A stretch of DNA of 64,000 nt from an uncultured archaeon (GCA_964342815.1 CAYFHS010000005.1:32001-96000), one strand, 5' to 3'. Shown: positions 31,298 through 41,235, counted from the first letter of the stretch. Program-made: numbers and translations. Notes: generated by a model not told the origin, from the letters alone.

Positions 31298-32257
31298 ATG
31301 CCATTAACAAAAAGCTCGTCCTACAAGCCGTCACTTCTGTTCAGGAACGGCCATATCAATACGACATACGCCTCGAAGTTCAGAAAGGTTTTTGGCGTAA
31401 ACTATGATCGCGAACGGATCGATACCCCGGATGGTGATTTTCTTGATGTCGATTGCTTGATAAATGGCTCGGATAAGGTCGCGATACTGTGCCACGGGTT
31501 CGAGGGTAATTCCCGAAGGGTTTACATGAGGGGCATGGTGAGAGCGCTCACAGGGGCGGGTTACGATGCAGTGGCCATGAACTATAGGGGATGCAGCGGA
31601 GAACCCAATCGACTACTGCGTTCATATCATGCCGGAGCCACGGACGACCTTCATACCGTGGTTTCCCATGTTCACGCCAGTAAAAAATATGAGGAAATAT
31701 ACCTGATAGGTTTCAGCATGGGCGGCAACCTCGTGTTGAAATATCTGGGTGAAAAATTATTTCCTGTTATCGCATCGGTGAAGCGTGTAGCTACCATTTC
31801 CACGCCGTGCGACCTTGCCTCTTCCGTAACTGTATTGGATAGTTTTTCGAGAAGTATCTACACAAGGCGTTTTCTGCGGTTTCTGCATAAGAAAATAACG
31901 GATAAAATGAAAATGTTTCCCGGCGAGCTCGACGATGAGGATTACAAAAAGATTAAAACTTTGAGAGCTTTCGATGACAGGTATTCGTACCTCAACGGAT
32001 TCGAGGATGCGGATGATTATTATAAAAAAGCAAGTTCAAAGCAATTTATTTCCGGGATACGCAAAAAGACACTTCTTATAAATGCAAAAGATGATCCCTT
32101 CCTGCATGTGAATTGTTATCCGGTTGTTGAAGCCAGGAAAAGTAAATTTTTATATCTGGAGATGCCGAATCACGGCGGGCACATGGGTTTTGTTACCAGA
32201 AGTTCGGATGGACTTTATTGGTACGAAAATAGGACCCTGGATTTTTTCGAATCTTAA
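31298..32257 (+). CDS. YheT-family alpha/beta hydrolase
   Basis: NGHINT, PDGDFLDVD, HGFEG, GFSMGG nucleophile elbow, AKDDPF and GGHMGF. Confidence 0.9.
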   Translation: MPLTKSSSYKPSLLFRNGHINTTYASKFRKVFGVNYDRERIDTPDGDFLDVDCLINGSDKVAILCHGFEGNSRRVYMRGMVRALTGAGYDAVAMNYRGCSGEPNRLLRSYHAGATDDLHTVVSHVHASKKYEEIYLIGFSMGGNLVLKYLGEKLFPVIASVKRVATISTPCDLASSVTVLDSFSRSIYTRRFLRFLHKKITDKMKMFPGELDDEDYKKIKTLRAFDDRYSYLNGFEDADDYYKKASSKQFISGIRKKTLLINAKDDPFLHVNCYPVVEARKSKFLYLEMPNHGGHMGFVTRSSDGLYWYENRTLDFFES

Positions 32258-32312
32258 GCTGGATTCGCCGAATTCAAAGATATTATTTAAGTACTAGAAA
32301 TAATAAAAATAG

Positions 32313-32335
32313 GGTTCGGGGTAGTTCCCCGAACC
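32313..32335. terminator. Hairpin between convergent hydrolase and fhs genes
   Basis: ggttcgggg-tagtt-ccccgaacc, a perfect 9-bp stem. Confidence 0.6.
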
Positions 32336-32346
32336 TACTATAAAAA

Positions 32347-34068
32347 TTAAAACAATCCCAATGTCTTTCCGTTCTCGTCTATATCCACTCGTTCCGAGGC
32401 CGGGTGCGAAGGCATTCCGGGCATGGTTCTCATCTCTCCGCAAAGCGGATAAAGATATCCCGCACCGGCAGCAGGCCTTATATCCACAACAGGCAGCGTG
32501 TATCCCGAGGGGGCTCCCGTCAATTTCGGATCATGGGATATGGAAAGATGGGTTTTCGCTATGCAGATGGGGAGTTTACCAAGACCCCATTCGGTATAGA
32601 GCTTTATTTTCTCCTCTGCGAGATCGCTGTACTCAACGTTCTCGGCTCTGTATATTTCTCTGGCAATTGTTTCGATCTTCTCTTTGATGGATGCCTCGTC
32701 CGGGTAAAGAAGTCTGAAGTTGTTGGGCTTCTCGCAAGCCTCGACCACAGCCTTGGCAAGCTCGGTGCCGCCAGCGCCTCCGTCCGCATGCACCGTCACC
32801 GGTATGCAGCTTTCGGCACCTGCCCTTTTGGCTTCTTCGATAACCGTTGCGACCTCGGCGTCGGTATCTGCCGCGAACCTGTTGACGCAGACCACTACGG
32901 GTACACCGAATTTCTTCATGTTCTCAATGTGCACTGTAAGGTTGCAGCAACCCTTCCGAACTGCTTCCACGTTCTCTCCCCAGAGTAGCTCCGGGGAGGG
33001 CGCCTTGCCGGGTGGGAATTCGTAACCTCCGCCGTGTAGCTTGAGAGCCCTCACAGTAGAGTTCAACACCACGCAGTCGGGTTTCAGGCCTGAATTCCTG
33101 CACTTGATATCGAACAGTTTCTCAGCGCCGCAATCGGCTGCGAATCCGCTTTCTGTGACAACGTAATCAGCCAGTTTGAGAGCGATCCTGTCCTCGATAA
33201 CCGAGTTGTTGCCGATAGCAATGTTTGCAAAGGGGCCCGAGTGCATGAGACAGGGTCCGCCTTCTAGAGTCTGGATCAGGTTCGGCTTGATAGCCTCCTT
33301 CATCACCACGGTCATTGCCCCTGCAGCCTTCACATCCTCGGCTGTTACCGGAATCCCGTCTCTGCTCATTGCAACGATGATCCTGCCCATCCTCTTTCTC
33401 ATATCCTGCAGGTCGTTTGAGAGTGCCAAAATGGCCATTACTTCCGATGCCACTGTGATATCGACACCGGTTTCTCGTGGGTATCCCTCTATATCGTGCC
33501 TGGATTTAGTACCGATGGTCACGGTGGTCTGAGCGGAGTCGTTCAGGTCCACAACACGTCTCCAGGAGATAGTATCCGGATTGATTTTAAACTCGTTCTT
33601 CCTCCTGAAAGTCGGGTGGAAAACCTGGTTGTCGATGGCGGCAGCCAGCAGATTGTTGGCCACACCAACAGCGTGAATATCTCCAGTGAAGTGCAGGTTT
33701 ATGTCTTCCATTGGGAGAACCTGCGAATAACCTCCTCCGGCTGCACCGCCCTTGATGCCGAAGACCGGTCCCATGGACGGCTCCCGGAGAGCGCATATTA
33801 CGTTCTTCCCGATCAATCTTAGAGCCTGGCTCAGACCTACATTGATGACGGTCTTTCCTTCACCCAGGGGTGTGGGTGTAACTGCGGTGACATCAATGTA
33901 CTTTCCATCGGGCCTATGCTTCAGCTTTTCGAGGACCTCGAGGTTGATCTTGGCCTTGTACTTGCCGTAAAGCTCTATATCGTCCTCCGAAAGCCCCAGT
34001 TCCTTGGCCACGTCGATTATGGGCTTCATCGTAGCTTCCTGTGCTATCTCTAGATCTGATTTCATCAT
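32347..34068 (-). CDS. fhs: Formate--tetrahydrofolate ligase
   Basis: TPTPLGEGKT, GIKGGAAGGGYSQV, NLHFTGDIHA, HSGPFANIA, AKTHLSISHDP and MPGMP; start MMKSD at 34068. Confidence 0.97.
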   Translation of the reverse strand: MMKSDLEIAQEATMKPIIDVAKELGLSEDDIELYGKYKAKINLEVLEKLKHRPDGKYIDVTAVTPTPLGEGKTVINVGLSQALRLIGKNVICALREPSMGPVFGIKGGAAGGGYSQVLPMEDINLHFTGDIHAVGVANNLLAAAIDNQVFHPTFRRKNEFKINPDTISWRRVVDLNDSAQTTVTIGTKSRHDIEGYPRETGVDITVASEVMAILALSNDLQDMRKRMGRIIVAMSRDGIPVTAEDVKAAGAMTVVMKEAIKPNLIQTLEGGPCLMHSGPFANIAIGNNSVIEDRIALKLADYVVTESGFAADCGAEKLFDIKCRNSGLKPDCVVLNSTVRALKLHGGGYEFPPGKAPSPELLWGENVEAVRKGCCNLTVHIENMKKFGVPVVVCVNRFAADTDAEVATVIEEAKRAGAESCIPVTVHADGGAGGTELAKAVVEACEKPNNFRLLYPDEASIKEKIETIAREIYRAENVEYSDLAEEKIKLYTEWGLGKLPICIAKTHLSISHDPKLTGAPSGYTLPVVDIRPAAGAGYLYPLCGEMRTMPGMPSHPASERVDIDENGKTLGLF

Positions 34069-34445
34069 TTCCCTCCTTTTATGCATAAATGCATTTTTAT
34101 TAATTATTTTCGTTTTTATGGTAATAATATAGAAGAATTTTGAGTGTTAGAGGGCCAATAATATTTAACATTTTATGCAATATGATAGCAATTCCGCATT
34201 ATTGTCGTTTTAAAAGAGACATTTCTCGAAAATGAGTACCGTCGATATTGTTATGATGCGAAGTTCGAAATGTGAATCGTGAATTAGTAAATTCACTTCA
34301 CCCGCGTAAATCCAAGGATTTCCTGCGGGAATCGAAGTTCGCACCTTGACAATGTTAGCGGTAAAGCGTGATAACGCAGATACCGCAAAATATATATCAA
34401 TAAGAATTATATATAAAAATGGGATTTAGGTGCCTCGAATCTTAT

Positions 34446-34518
34446 AGTCCTGTAGTGTAGTGGCCTAGCATGCTGGCCTTTGGAGCCAGCGACGGAGGTT
34501 CGAATCCTCCCAGGACTG
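34446..34518 (+). tRNA. tRNA-Gln(UUG)
   Basis: AGTCCTG/CAGGACT acceptor stem (A1-U72, typical of archaeal tRNA-Gln); CTGGC-CT TTG GA-GCCAG anticodon arm; GGAGG-TTCGAAT-CCTCC T arm; no encoded CCA. Confidence 0.97.
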
Positions 34519-34601
34519 TTTAACCGCCAACATGGTATCATTATTGGTATCAGCATTAATGAAATTAACCAATATTATATACAGGAATCCCGAGGGAGAG
34601 C

Positions 34602-34880
34602 ATGCCAAAAAAATCAAAAACCGGACGGAAGGAATTACCAGTTGAGTTACCCACGTTTCGTAAGCCATTTTTGATAGGTCTGTTCATTGCCTCAATAGTT
34701 CTTGTCCCACTGTCCGTGACCGGAACCCTGATATTACCTCTAAATGATTGGTTTTCAATCACCACCCCTTTAAAACCCGGTTTGTGGACCATCTTTGGTG
34801 TGATGACGGGATTATTATTGTCAGCGATTTTTGCATTTTTCTTTGCAAGGAGCATAACTCCTTCTGGTAAAGCGAATTGA
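34602..34880 (+). CDS. Small two-TM hypothetical membrane protein
   Basis: 92 aa, basic N-terminus, two hydrophobic helices, SD-like GGAGAG upstream. Confidence 0.65.
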   Translation: MPKKSKTGRKELPVELPTFRKPFLIGLFIASIVLVPLSVTGTLILPLNDWFSITTPLKPGLWTIFGVMTGLLLSAIFAFFFARSITPSGKAN

Positions 34881-35114
34881 TTTTAATAATTGGTGTATAA
34901 CGAGCATTTTTCTTATCCCCAATGGTGTACGGGGTATTGTTTCATGTTTCTATTAGCCGATAATCCTGTTTTTTTACCTCCTCAGAGGCTTTTCATCAAG
35001 GGCCAAAATATGATAAACAACATTTTAAATACTACAAATTTATTAATGTCGAAATCAGGTTTTGTATCTGACAGAAAACTGTTGATTGACAGATTAAACT
35101 AAAAAGGTGATCCA

Positions 35115-37964
35115 ATGGCATATTTAGCAATAACGAAAAGAATATTGATCGTGATGTTTACTGGGATGTTGATGTTTTCCGGGTTGACACTTGTCAACGA
35201 CTTGATTGTGGAAAACGTATCGGGGAATTTACTTGTTTTTGGCGATACTTGGAACAGCGTTGCCACTACGGGAGGCGGAGGCGTATTTATCTCTGTAAAT
35301 ATTACTACCGATGGTGTTTCGGGCGCTCCCAACAATGCGGAGGTTTTTTTTAACTTTACCATCAATGGTCCCTCTGGCCTGATAAGAGGAGGTCAAAACA
35401 TTAGCGTAACCACAAGGAACGATACAAGTTGGACCGTAGTAATTAAAGGGCCGATGCCAACAAATGCCAACCAGATAGGATACGACTTTTCCGCATGGAA
35501 CATGTCTGACCAGGCTTCAGGGGTAGTCCGATTATCGAGTCAAACAATCAATATTATAGATAATATCAAGCCAACCGTTGTAAACCTTCAAAATGTAGAG
35601 ATAGGGACTGGTGAAGAAGTTAAGTTCAATGCCACGGGATGTACCGACAATGTTGATACACCCGACAATCTTCTTTATCACTGGAACTTCAATTATGGAG
35701 GGGTCCGGAATTTATCGGGAAAACTACAGACGTTCACCTTCGACAATCCCGGAGTTTATACGGTTACGTTGAGCATTAAGGATATGTCTAACAACTGGAA
35801 TTCGGGTTCAATGACCGTTACCGTATTGGCCGATGCGATATCGATAAACGCAACCACGCTTGCCAATCTTACGTTCAAGAATGTAGTACTGGTAGAGGAC
35901 GGCACCCCGTTCAATACAACCTTGTACAACAAAATATTCATCAATGAGACAGTGGGATTATTATCTTACAAGACCGGCGACACTTCAGAGGTGAATTGGA
36001 CCAATGTCAGCTGGGGGAGCGAGTACAGCACGGAGAACCTTAACGTCAAGATCGATAACATGGGTACTCCCGCCGACGGTACGGATGATCTGTTGATCAT
36101 AACCCCGAATCCTAACAAATTTTCGGCGATAAAGGAAAATGTGACCGTTAAGGCCAGTCTTAGCGGTTTCGAGGCATTGTTCAACTTTACTGCGACCATA
36201 ACCAGCGTTAACGATGCACCAGAATTCGTAACCTATAAACTCAACAACGATACCGAGGGCACTCCCGAGGGTGAAAATATCAGCTTCAGTCAGGTAAATG
36301 AGGACGGTACCGTTAATATAACTATCACCGCTGATGACGCAGATCTCCCTTACGGAGATGGTTTGAGTTTCGGTGTGTTCTATCAAGAGAATACCTCGAC
36401 TGCCACGATTCTCAAGCTGGATAATACCACTGCAAACCTCACCTTCACACCGAAGAAGAATTTCGTTGGCACTTCTCTGGTTATAATAACCGTTACCGAT
36501 GACGAGGGTAACGTGACCAAACAGAACCTGACGTTCATCCTTAAACCGGTGAACGATGCGCCCTCCATGATATCTTTCGTCCTGAACGGCGTGGAAGGGA
36601 CCGTGGAAGGAGACGGTAATGTCAGTTTTACCATAAAAGAGGATGAAACATGGAATATTACAATAACCGGGGCCGACGCGGACCTTCCTTACGGTGAGGT
36701 ACTAACGTATACTGTGGTTTCAAAACAGAAAGACTCCGTTGCGGTCTTTGGGCCTGTAGTTGGTTCAATGGCCAACCTTACCTTCACTCCAAAAGCGAAT
36801 TACAATAAAAATGAGATTGGAAATGAGGCGGTATTAAATATCAGTCTGGAGGATAAAGCAGGCGCTGTATCCTTCCAGATTATAACCTTCACCGTAACAC
36901 CGGAGAACGATGCTCCAAGCATTGCCGGTTTGGGAATAAAGGGAAATTGCTCGGTTCCTACTGCGGTTGAGAACGAACCGGTTTCCCTGACCGTCCGTTA
37001 TCTAAATAATACGTTGATAAATGGGACCGATGTTCTCGATATTGATAAGGACGTTCTCACCTATACGTGGTATATAAAATTGAAACCAACTGATCCAAAC
37101 GCTTCCGAAGAACCCGTCTGGACTCTTGCGGGGAATGCAACAGGTGTCAATACGACCTATACATTTACCACCACGGGGACCTATCTGGTATGGCTCAAGG
37201 TATCCGACGCATCCGGCGGTTATGATTATCAAAAAGTAATGACGATTGCTGTCAATCCCTACGTCCCACCCGCCAAACCTGACGATGGCGATGCAAGCAG
37301 TATGCCCCTAATAATGATCATCGTGATAGTCGTTTTATTGATTGGTGGCATAGTTGTAGCTCTTATAATGATAAGCAAGAAGAAGACTGAAACGAAGGCA
37401 GGGGATGAGTTCTCGGAATTCGACATGCCATCCGAATCACAACCAGGAATGGATCAGTTCGGCCAGCCACAGCAACCACAACCCGGCATGGACCAATTCG
37501 GCCAGCCAATGCAGCCGCAGCCGGGTATGGATCAGTTCGGTCAACCAATGCAGCCGCAGCCTGGTCTTGATCAGTTCGGTCAACCAATGCAGCCACAACC
37601 AGGTATGGATCAGTTCGGCCAACCCCAGCAACCCCCGCAGGCCCAGCCTGGTCTTGATCAGTTCGGTCAACCTCAGCAGCCGCAGCCTGGATTTGATCAG
37701 TTCGGCCAGCCACAGCAGCCTCAACAGGCCCAGCCTGGATTTGACCAATTTGGTCAGCCTCAGCCCGGGATGGGTCAATTTGGTCAGCCACAGCAGCCGC
37801 AACAACCTGCCATGGGTCAATATGGTGGTGCGCCAATGCAACAATCTCAACAATCTCTCCCCCAGGCAGGGGCCCCAATGGGTGGTGGGAACCTCTGTCC
37901 GCACTGCAGGGCACCTATTGAGCCCGGTTGGTTCCTCTGTCCCAACTGCAAGAACCAGATATAG
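35115..37964 (+). CDS. Surface protein with PKD and cadherin-like (VNDAP) repeats, TM, cytoplasmic QP/FG repeats and terminal double Zn-ribbon
   Basis: Signal peptide; VNDAP/ENDAP motifs; TM; PGMDQFGQP repeats; CPHC..CPNC. Confidence 0.85.
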   Translation: MAYLAITKRILIVMFTGMLMFSGLTLVNDLIVENVSGNLLVFGDTWNSVATTGGGGVFISVNITTDGVSGAPNNAEVFFNFTINGPSGLIRGGQNISVTTRNDTSWTVVIKGPMPTNANQIGYDFSAWNMSDQASGVVRLSSQTINIIDNIKPTVVNLQNVEIGTGEEVKFNATGCTDNVDTPDNLLYHWNFNYGGVRNLSGKLQTFTFDNPGVYTVTLSIKDMSNNWNSGSMTVTVLADAISINATTLANLTFKNVVLVEDGTPFNTTLYNKIFINETVGLLSYKTGDTSEVNWTNVSWGSEYSTENLNVKIDNMGTPADGTDDLLIITPNPNKFSAIKENVTVKASLSGFEALFNFTATITSVNDAPEFVTYKLNNDTEGTPEGENISFSQVNEDGTVNITITADDADLPYGDGLSFGVFYQENTSTATILKLDNTTANLTFTPKKNFVGTSLVIITVTDDEGNVTKQNLTFILKPVNDAPSMISFVLNGVEGTVEGDGNVSFTIKEDETWNITITGADADLPYGEVLTYTVVSKQKDSVAVFGPVVGSMANLTFTPKANYNKNEIGNEAVLNISLEDKAGAVSFQIITFTVTPENDAPSIAGLGIKGNCSVPTAVENEPVSLTVRYLNNTLINGTDVLDIDKDVLTYTWYIKLKPTDPNASEEPVWTLAGNATGVNTTYTFTTTGTYLVWLKVSDASGGYDYQKVMTIAVNPYVPPAKPDDGDASSMPLIMIIVIVVLLIGGIVVALIMISKKKTETKAGDEFSEFDMPSESQPGMDQFGQPQQPQPGMDQFGQPMQPQPGMDQFGQPMQPQPGLDQFGQPMQPQPGMDQFGQPQQPPQAQPGLDQFGQPQQPQPGFDQFGQPQQPQQAQPGFDQFGQPQPGMGQFGQPQQPQQPAMGQYGGAPMQQSQQSLPQAGAPMGGGNLCPHCRAPIEPGWFLCPNCKNQI
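37438..37820 (+). repeat. Intragenic ~39-bp (13-aa) QPG(M/L/F)DQFGQP repeat, 9 QFGQ units
   Basis: Counted directly from the translation. Confidence 0.9.
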
Positions 37965-37992
37965 TTCCGGTGCTATTTTCAGCTCAAAGAGT

Positions 37993-38031
37993 GGGCGGTT
38001 CCTTGCTGAGGGCTCGCCCTTCTTTTTTTTT
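37993..38031 (+). terminator. Hairpin plus oligo-T after the surface protein gene
   Basis: gggcg...cgccc stem followed by a T-run. Confidence 0.55.
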
Positions 38032-38050
38032 ATTTTAGGAATATACGGCG

Positions 38051-39517
38051 GTGTTCTGCATCTACATTGCATTGGATGATACGGATTCCATGGAGGGCGG
38101 TTGTACAACGTATCTTCTCACCCGGGCCCTTGAGATTTGCCGTGATTCAGGTTATACCTGCCTTTTTTTGCCGGGGCTGGTCCGATTGAATCCGAACATT
38201 CCTTACAAAACCCGTGGCAATGGAGCAGTAGTATTTTACGTATCTCGCCGGATGGGCGATGACAATAATACCTTTTGCTCAGGTGCCATAGGCAATGAGC
38301 CGATGATGTCGATATGGTCGGATGACGAACACCGTGCGCCGGACCATGAGCCGCAAACAGAATTATTTCAGAAATTGAAACGACTTATAGATGAAGAATC
38401 ATCTTATGGGCATGAAAACACGAATCCGGGCCTGGTTGTCAGCAGCGATACTTTTGGATTATCCAATTATGAACGCGCAGTTCGAGCAGTATATCCGCTG
38501 GAAATGGTGCTGGGTATACTGGATCGAAAAATGAATACCTTGTACCATGGTCTGGGCTCTATGCGAGGTCTCGTGGGATGTTTAGGTGCTTTATCGTGGT
38601 ACCAGAACTACCGATCAAAGGGATTGGACCACACTTACGAAATGATATGCTACAGAAAACCTGAATTTTGGGGTACAAAAAGAGATGTCAAGCCAGATTT
38701 TGTAAGGTCCCTGGACCTGGAACTGCCCGGATCATTTAACAATTACGATCTGAAGAATGATAAACCGTTGATATATCCCAACACTCCCTGCCCGGTATTG
38801 TTTGGGGTCAGAGGCAATGATTATCACGTATTACCTCGTGCTTTGGAGATATTGGAGACCTTTGAGATGGAGCGGTGGCAGTTATTCGTCACCAATCAGG
38901 GGACTGATGATCATTTGGTACCGACCAGCCTTGGAAAGATTGAAAACTACGCTTCGGTCATCACTGAAGGGACCGTTCTCGAGAGTTCATTCACTATAAA
39001 GGGGGGTCATGTATTCATAAGGATAGGGGAGGGGGATAATAGCATATATGCCGCGGCCTTTGAGCCAACGAAGAGCTTTCGGAAAATAGTTCGAGGACTT
39101 TTGCCGGGTGATCGGGTGCGTGTGTTCGGAGGGGTGAAAGGTGACGAAAAGGCGGCTGATGATGGATGGGGGAAAATGAGACCGGCGTTGTTAGACGGGT
39201 TTGCGAGGGTGATCAATCTGGAGAAACTGGAGCTAATTGATAAAACCCATAGGCTGACAAAGATCTCCAATCCCATCTGTCCAAGCTGCAAAACAAAGAT
39301 GAAATCCCTGGGAAAGGGTGTGGGTTACAGGTGCAGAAAATGCCGCTTCAAGGCTGCTGAGAAGGATGCGGATTACGGTGAGCTTCCCCGCACCTTGGTG
39401 GAGGGTAAAACGTACGAGGTTGACGGAGTTGCCATGAGGCATTTGTCAAAACCGCTTGTTAGAATTGGCCGTGAAAAAGGGAGATCGCTTACGGAAATTG
39501 ATCAAATAAATTATTAA
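38051..39517 (+). CDS. tiaS: tRNA(Ile2) 2-agmatinylcytidine synthetase
   Basis: IALDDTDS..GGCTTY, LVRLNPNIPYKTRGNG, NQGTDDH, AAFEPTK and a terminal CPSC..CRKC Zn ribbon. Confidence 0.95.
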   Translation: MFCIYIALDDTDSMEGGCTTYLLTRALEICRDSGYTCLFLPGLVRLNPNIPYKTRGNGAVVFYVSRRMGDDNNTFCSGAIGNEPMMSIWSDDEHRAPDHEPQTELFQKLKRLIDEESSYGHENTNPGLVVSSDTFGLSNYERAVRAVYPLEMVLGILDRKMNTLYHGLGSMRGLVGCLGALSWYQNYRSKGLDHTYEMICYRKPEFWGTKRDVKPDFVRSLDLELPGSFNNYDLKNDKPLIYPNTPCPVLFGVRGNDYHVLPRALEILETFEMERWQLFVTNQGTDDHLVPTSLGKIENYASVITEGTVLESSFTIKGGHVFIRIGEGDNSIYAAAFEPTKSFRKIVRGLLPGDRVRVFGGVKGDEKAADDGWGKMRPALLDGFARVINLEKLELIDKTHRLTKISNPICPSCKTKMKSLGKGVGYRCRKCRFKAAEKDADYGELPRTLVEGKTYEVDGVAMRHLSKPLVRIGREKGRSLTEIDQINY

Positions 39518-39525
39518 AAAAAAAG

Positions 39526-39631
39526 AGCCACCGGCGGGGATTGAACCCGCGATCTATGCCTTTTCGGGTTCGGCGCCGGGAGACCGGCACACGCTTACCA
39601 AGGCATCGCTATACCACTAAGCCACGGTGGC
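39526..39631 (-). tRNA. tRNA-Thr(GGU) with 34-nt intron at position 37/38
   Basis: GCCACCG/CGGTGGC acceptor stem; ATGCC-TT GGT A[intron]A-GGCAT; GCGGG-TTCAATC-CCCGC T arm; followed by an oligo-T tract. Confidence 0.93.
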
Positions 39632-39775
39632 CCGCAGATTCGTACATCGCGTTCGAACGGTGCGGCAAATATATTCCTGATTTTAATAATTTTTCTTCAA
39701 AATAGGTCGAGGAAATTCGTTTCACCAGTGGGAACCTAACGTAAAAAAATTAATAATCTATTCGCATTAGACCGG

Positions 39776-40756
39776 GTGATGATCACAATCAGGGATCTTA
39801 CAAAGCGCTATCCTCCGGGCATTCCAAGATGGAAGAAGTGGTTCCATCGTGGCAGCAAGGAAACTTTCCTCGGTGAACTTGCTGTGGACAGGCTGAACAT
39901 GGAGGTGGGGAAAGGGCAGGTATACGGTTTCATCGGTCCCAACGGCGCGGGAAAAACCACTACTATCAAGATGTTGGTCGGCCTTATGCCCCCTAGTTCC
40001 GGGACGGCGCTGGTATGTGGTCTTGATGTGGTTGAGGAGGGTGAAATGGTCCGGGGCAGGATCGGTTATATGCCTGAAGCCCCGTCATTCTATCCCCGAG
40101 TTTCTGTTTTGGATGTCCTGCGATATTACTCCAAGCTTTATTCCATCCCTGGCGGGTCTATCGACAGGAAAATTGCGAAGGTTTTGCGCACTGTGGGAAT
40201 CGCCGGTGAACGGGCCAAATTGTGCGGAAAATTATCTTTTGGGATGAAAAAGAGACTTTCTCTTGCCCAAGCATTGTTGAACGATCCCGAGCTGCTTATA
40301 CTGGACGAACCCACTGGTGGTCTGGATCCTGGGGGGAAGAGGGATTTCCGTAAACTTTTAACGAAACTGTCCGACCGTGGAATTACCATATTTATGTCAT
40401 CGCATCTTCTCGAAGAGGTACAGAAGATAAGTACCCATGTGGGCATTATCCATCACGGACGATTGATAACCAGCGGATCTCTCGGGGAACTTCAGGAGAA
40501 GATGGGTAAAGAGGCGAAGGTGAAGATAAAGGTAAGAGTCGCATCGACCTCAAAGATTCCCCTTTCATCTATCGAAAAAATAGAAGGAATAATTGACCTG
40601 AGGATTTCCGAAGATACAATGACCATAGTAGCTGAGACAGATAATATATCGTCGGAGGTCAACCGACTATTGGTGGAGAATGATTGTCAGGTTCGTTCCA
40701 TAGTGATAGAAGAACCGGAGCTTGAGGATATCTTTTTTGATCAGACTTCAAAATGA
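39776..40756 (+). CDS. ABC transporter ATP-binding protein (ABC-2/CcmA-like)
   Basis: GPNGAGKTT, LSFGMKKR, LILDEPTGGLDP and SSH switch. Confidence 0.93.
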   Translation: MMITIRDLTKRYPPGIPRWKKWFHRGSKETFLGELAVDRLNMEVGKGQVYGFIGPNGAGKTTTIKMLVGLMPPSSGTALVCGLDVVEEGEMVRGRIGYMPEAPSFYPRVSVLDVLRYYSKLYSIPGGSIDRKIAKVLRTVGIAGERAKLCGKLSFGMKKRLSLAQALLNDPELLILDEPTGGLDPGGKRDFRKLLTKLSDRGITIFMSSHLLEEVQKISTHVGIIHHGRLITSGSLGELQEKMGKEAKVKIKVRVASTSKIPLSSIEKIEGIIDLRISEDTMTIVAETDNISSEVNRLLVENDCQVRSIVIEEPELEDIFFDQTSK

Positions 40757-41235
40757 ATTCCATTTGTCCATGCCTGCTTTATGTCGTTTAGAGAATAACC
40801 CTTCGTATTGTATAGCTCGATCATATCATTTTCAGACCAGTAAGGGGATTCCCAGGGAGGGCGTCCGAGCCTTTTTCTGAATCTGGTAAGAATATCGTTC
40901 ACCACTGAAATGGAAGCCTGAGTTTCTTTGAAATCGGATGTTATTTCGATAAGTGACTGCCAGGTAGATGTGCCGATGGTTTCCGCTATGAGTTTGAAAG
41001 AAATATCCCCCAATTCAATGGATATGCTCCAGGGAAAATAATCCCTTTCCCACGTCAACCGTATATTTGGTTGGCTTCCCTTTCTCCGAACCGTCTTCAG
41101 GAAATTATCCCCCACATCGGTTAGCATCAGGCGGTCTTTGAAATTCCGAGGAGATAATATTTTACCCTTGCGAAGTCCCTTTTTCGAACAGCTGGGTCTA
41201 AGATGATTGGGGAACACAATATAGTGTTGGATCAT
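40741..41235 (-). CDS. Hypothetical protein
   Basis: 164-aa ORF; GGGTGTG SD-like sequence upstream; no recognised motif. Confidence 0.6.
   Translation of the reverse strand: MIQHYIVFPNHLRPSCSKKGLRKGKILSPRNFKDRLMLTDVGDNFLKTVRRKGSQPNIRLTWERDYFPWSISIELGDISFKLIAETIGTSTWQSLIEITSDFKETQASISVVNDILTRFRKRLGRPPWESPYWSENDMIELYNTKGYSLNDIKQAWTNGIHFEV

Noticed and set aside
31113-31334. N-terminal extension of the kinase ORF; likewise 5279..5449 for the FG-GAP ORF
   Set aside because: Signal-peptide-like sequences begin at downstream ATGs, and the kinase extension overlaps the divergent hydrolase gene.
37438-37820. True nucleoporin homology of the FG repeats
   Set aside because: Only compositional similarity; the protein is a single-pass surface protein.
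37363-38108. Alternative-frame ORFs of 183-224 aa
   Set aside because: They arise from the 39-bp coding repeat and show no independent coding signal.
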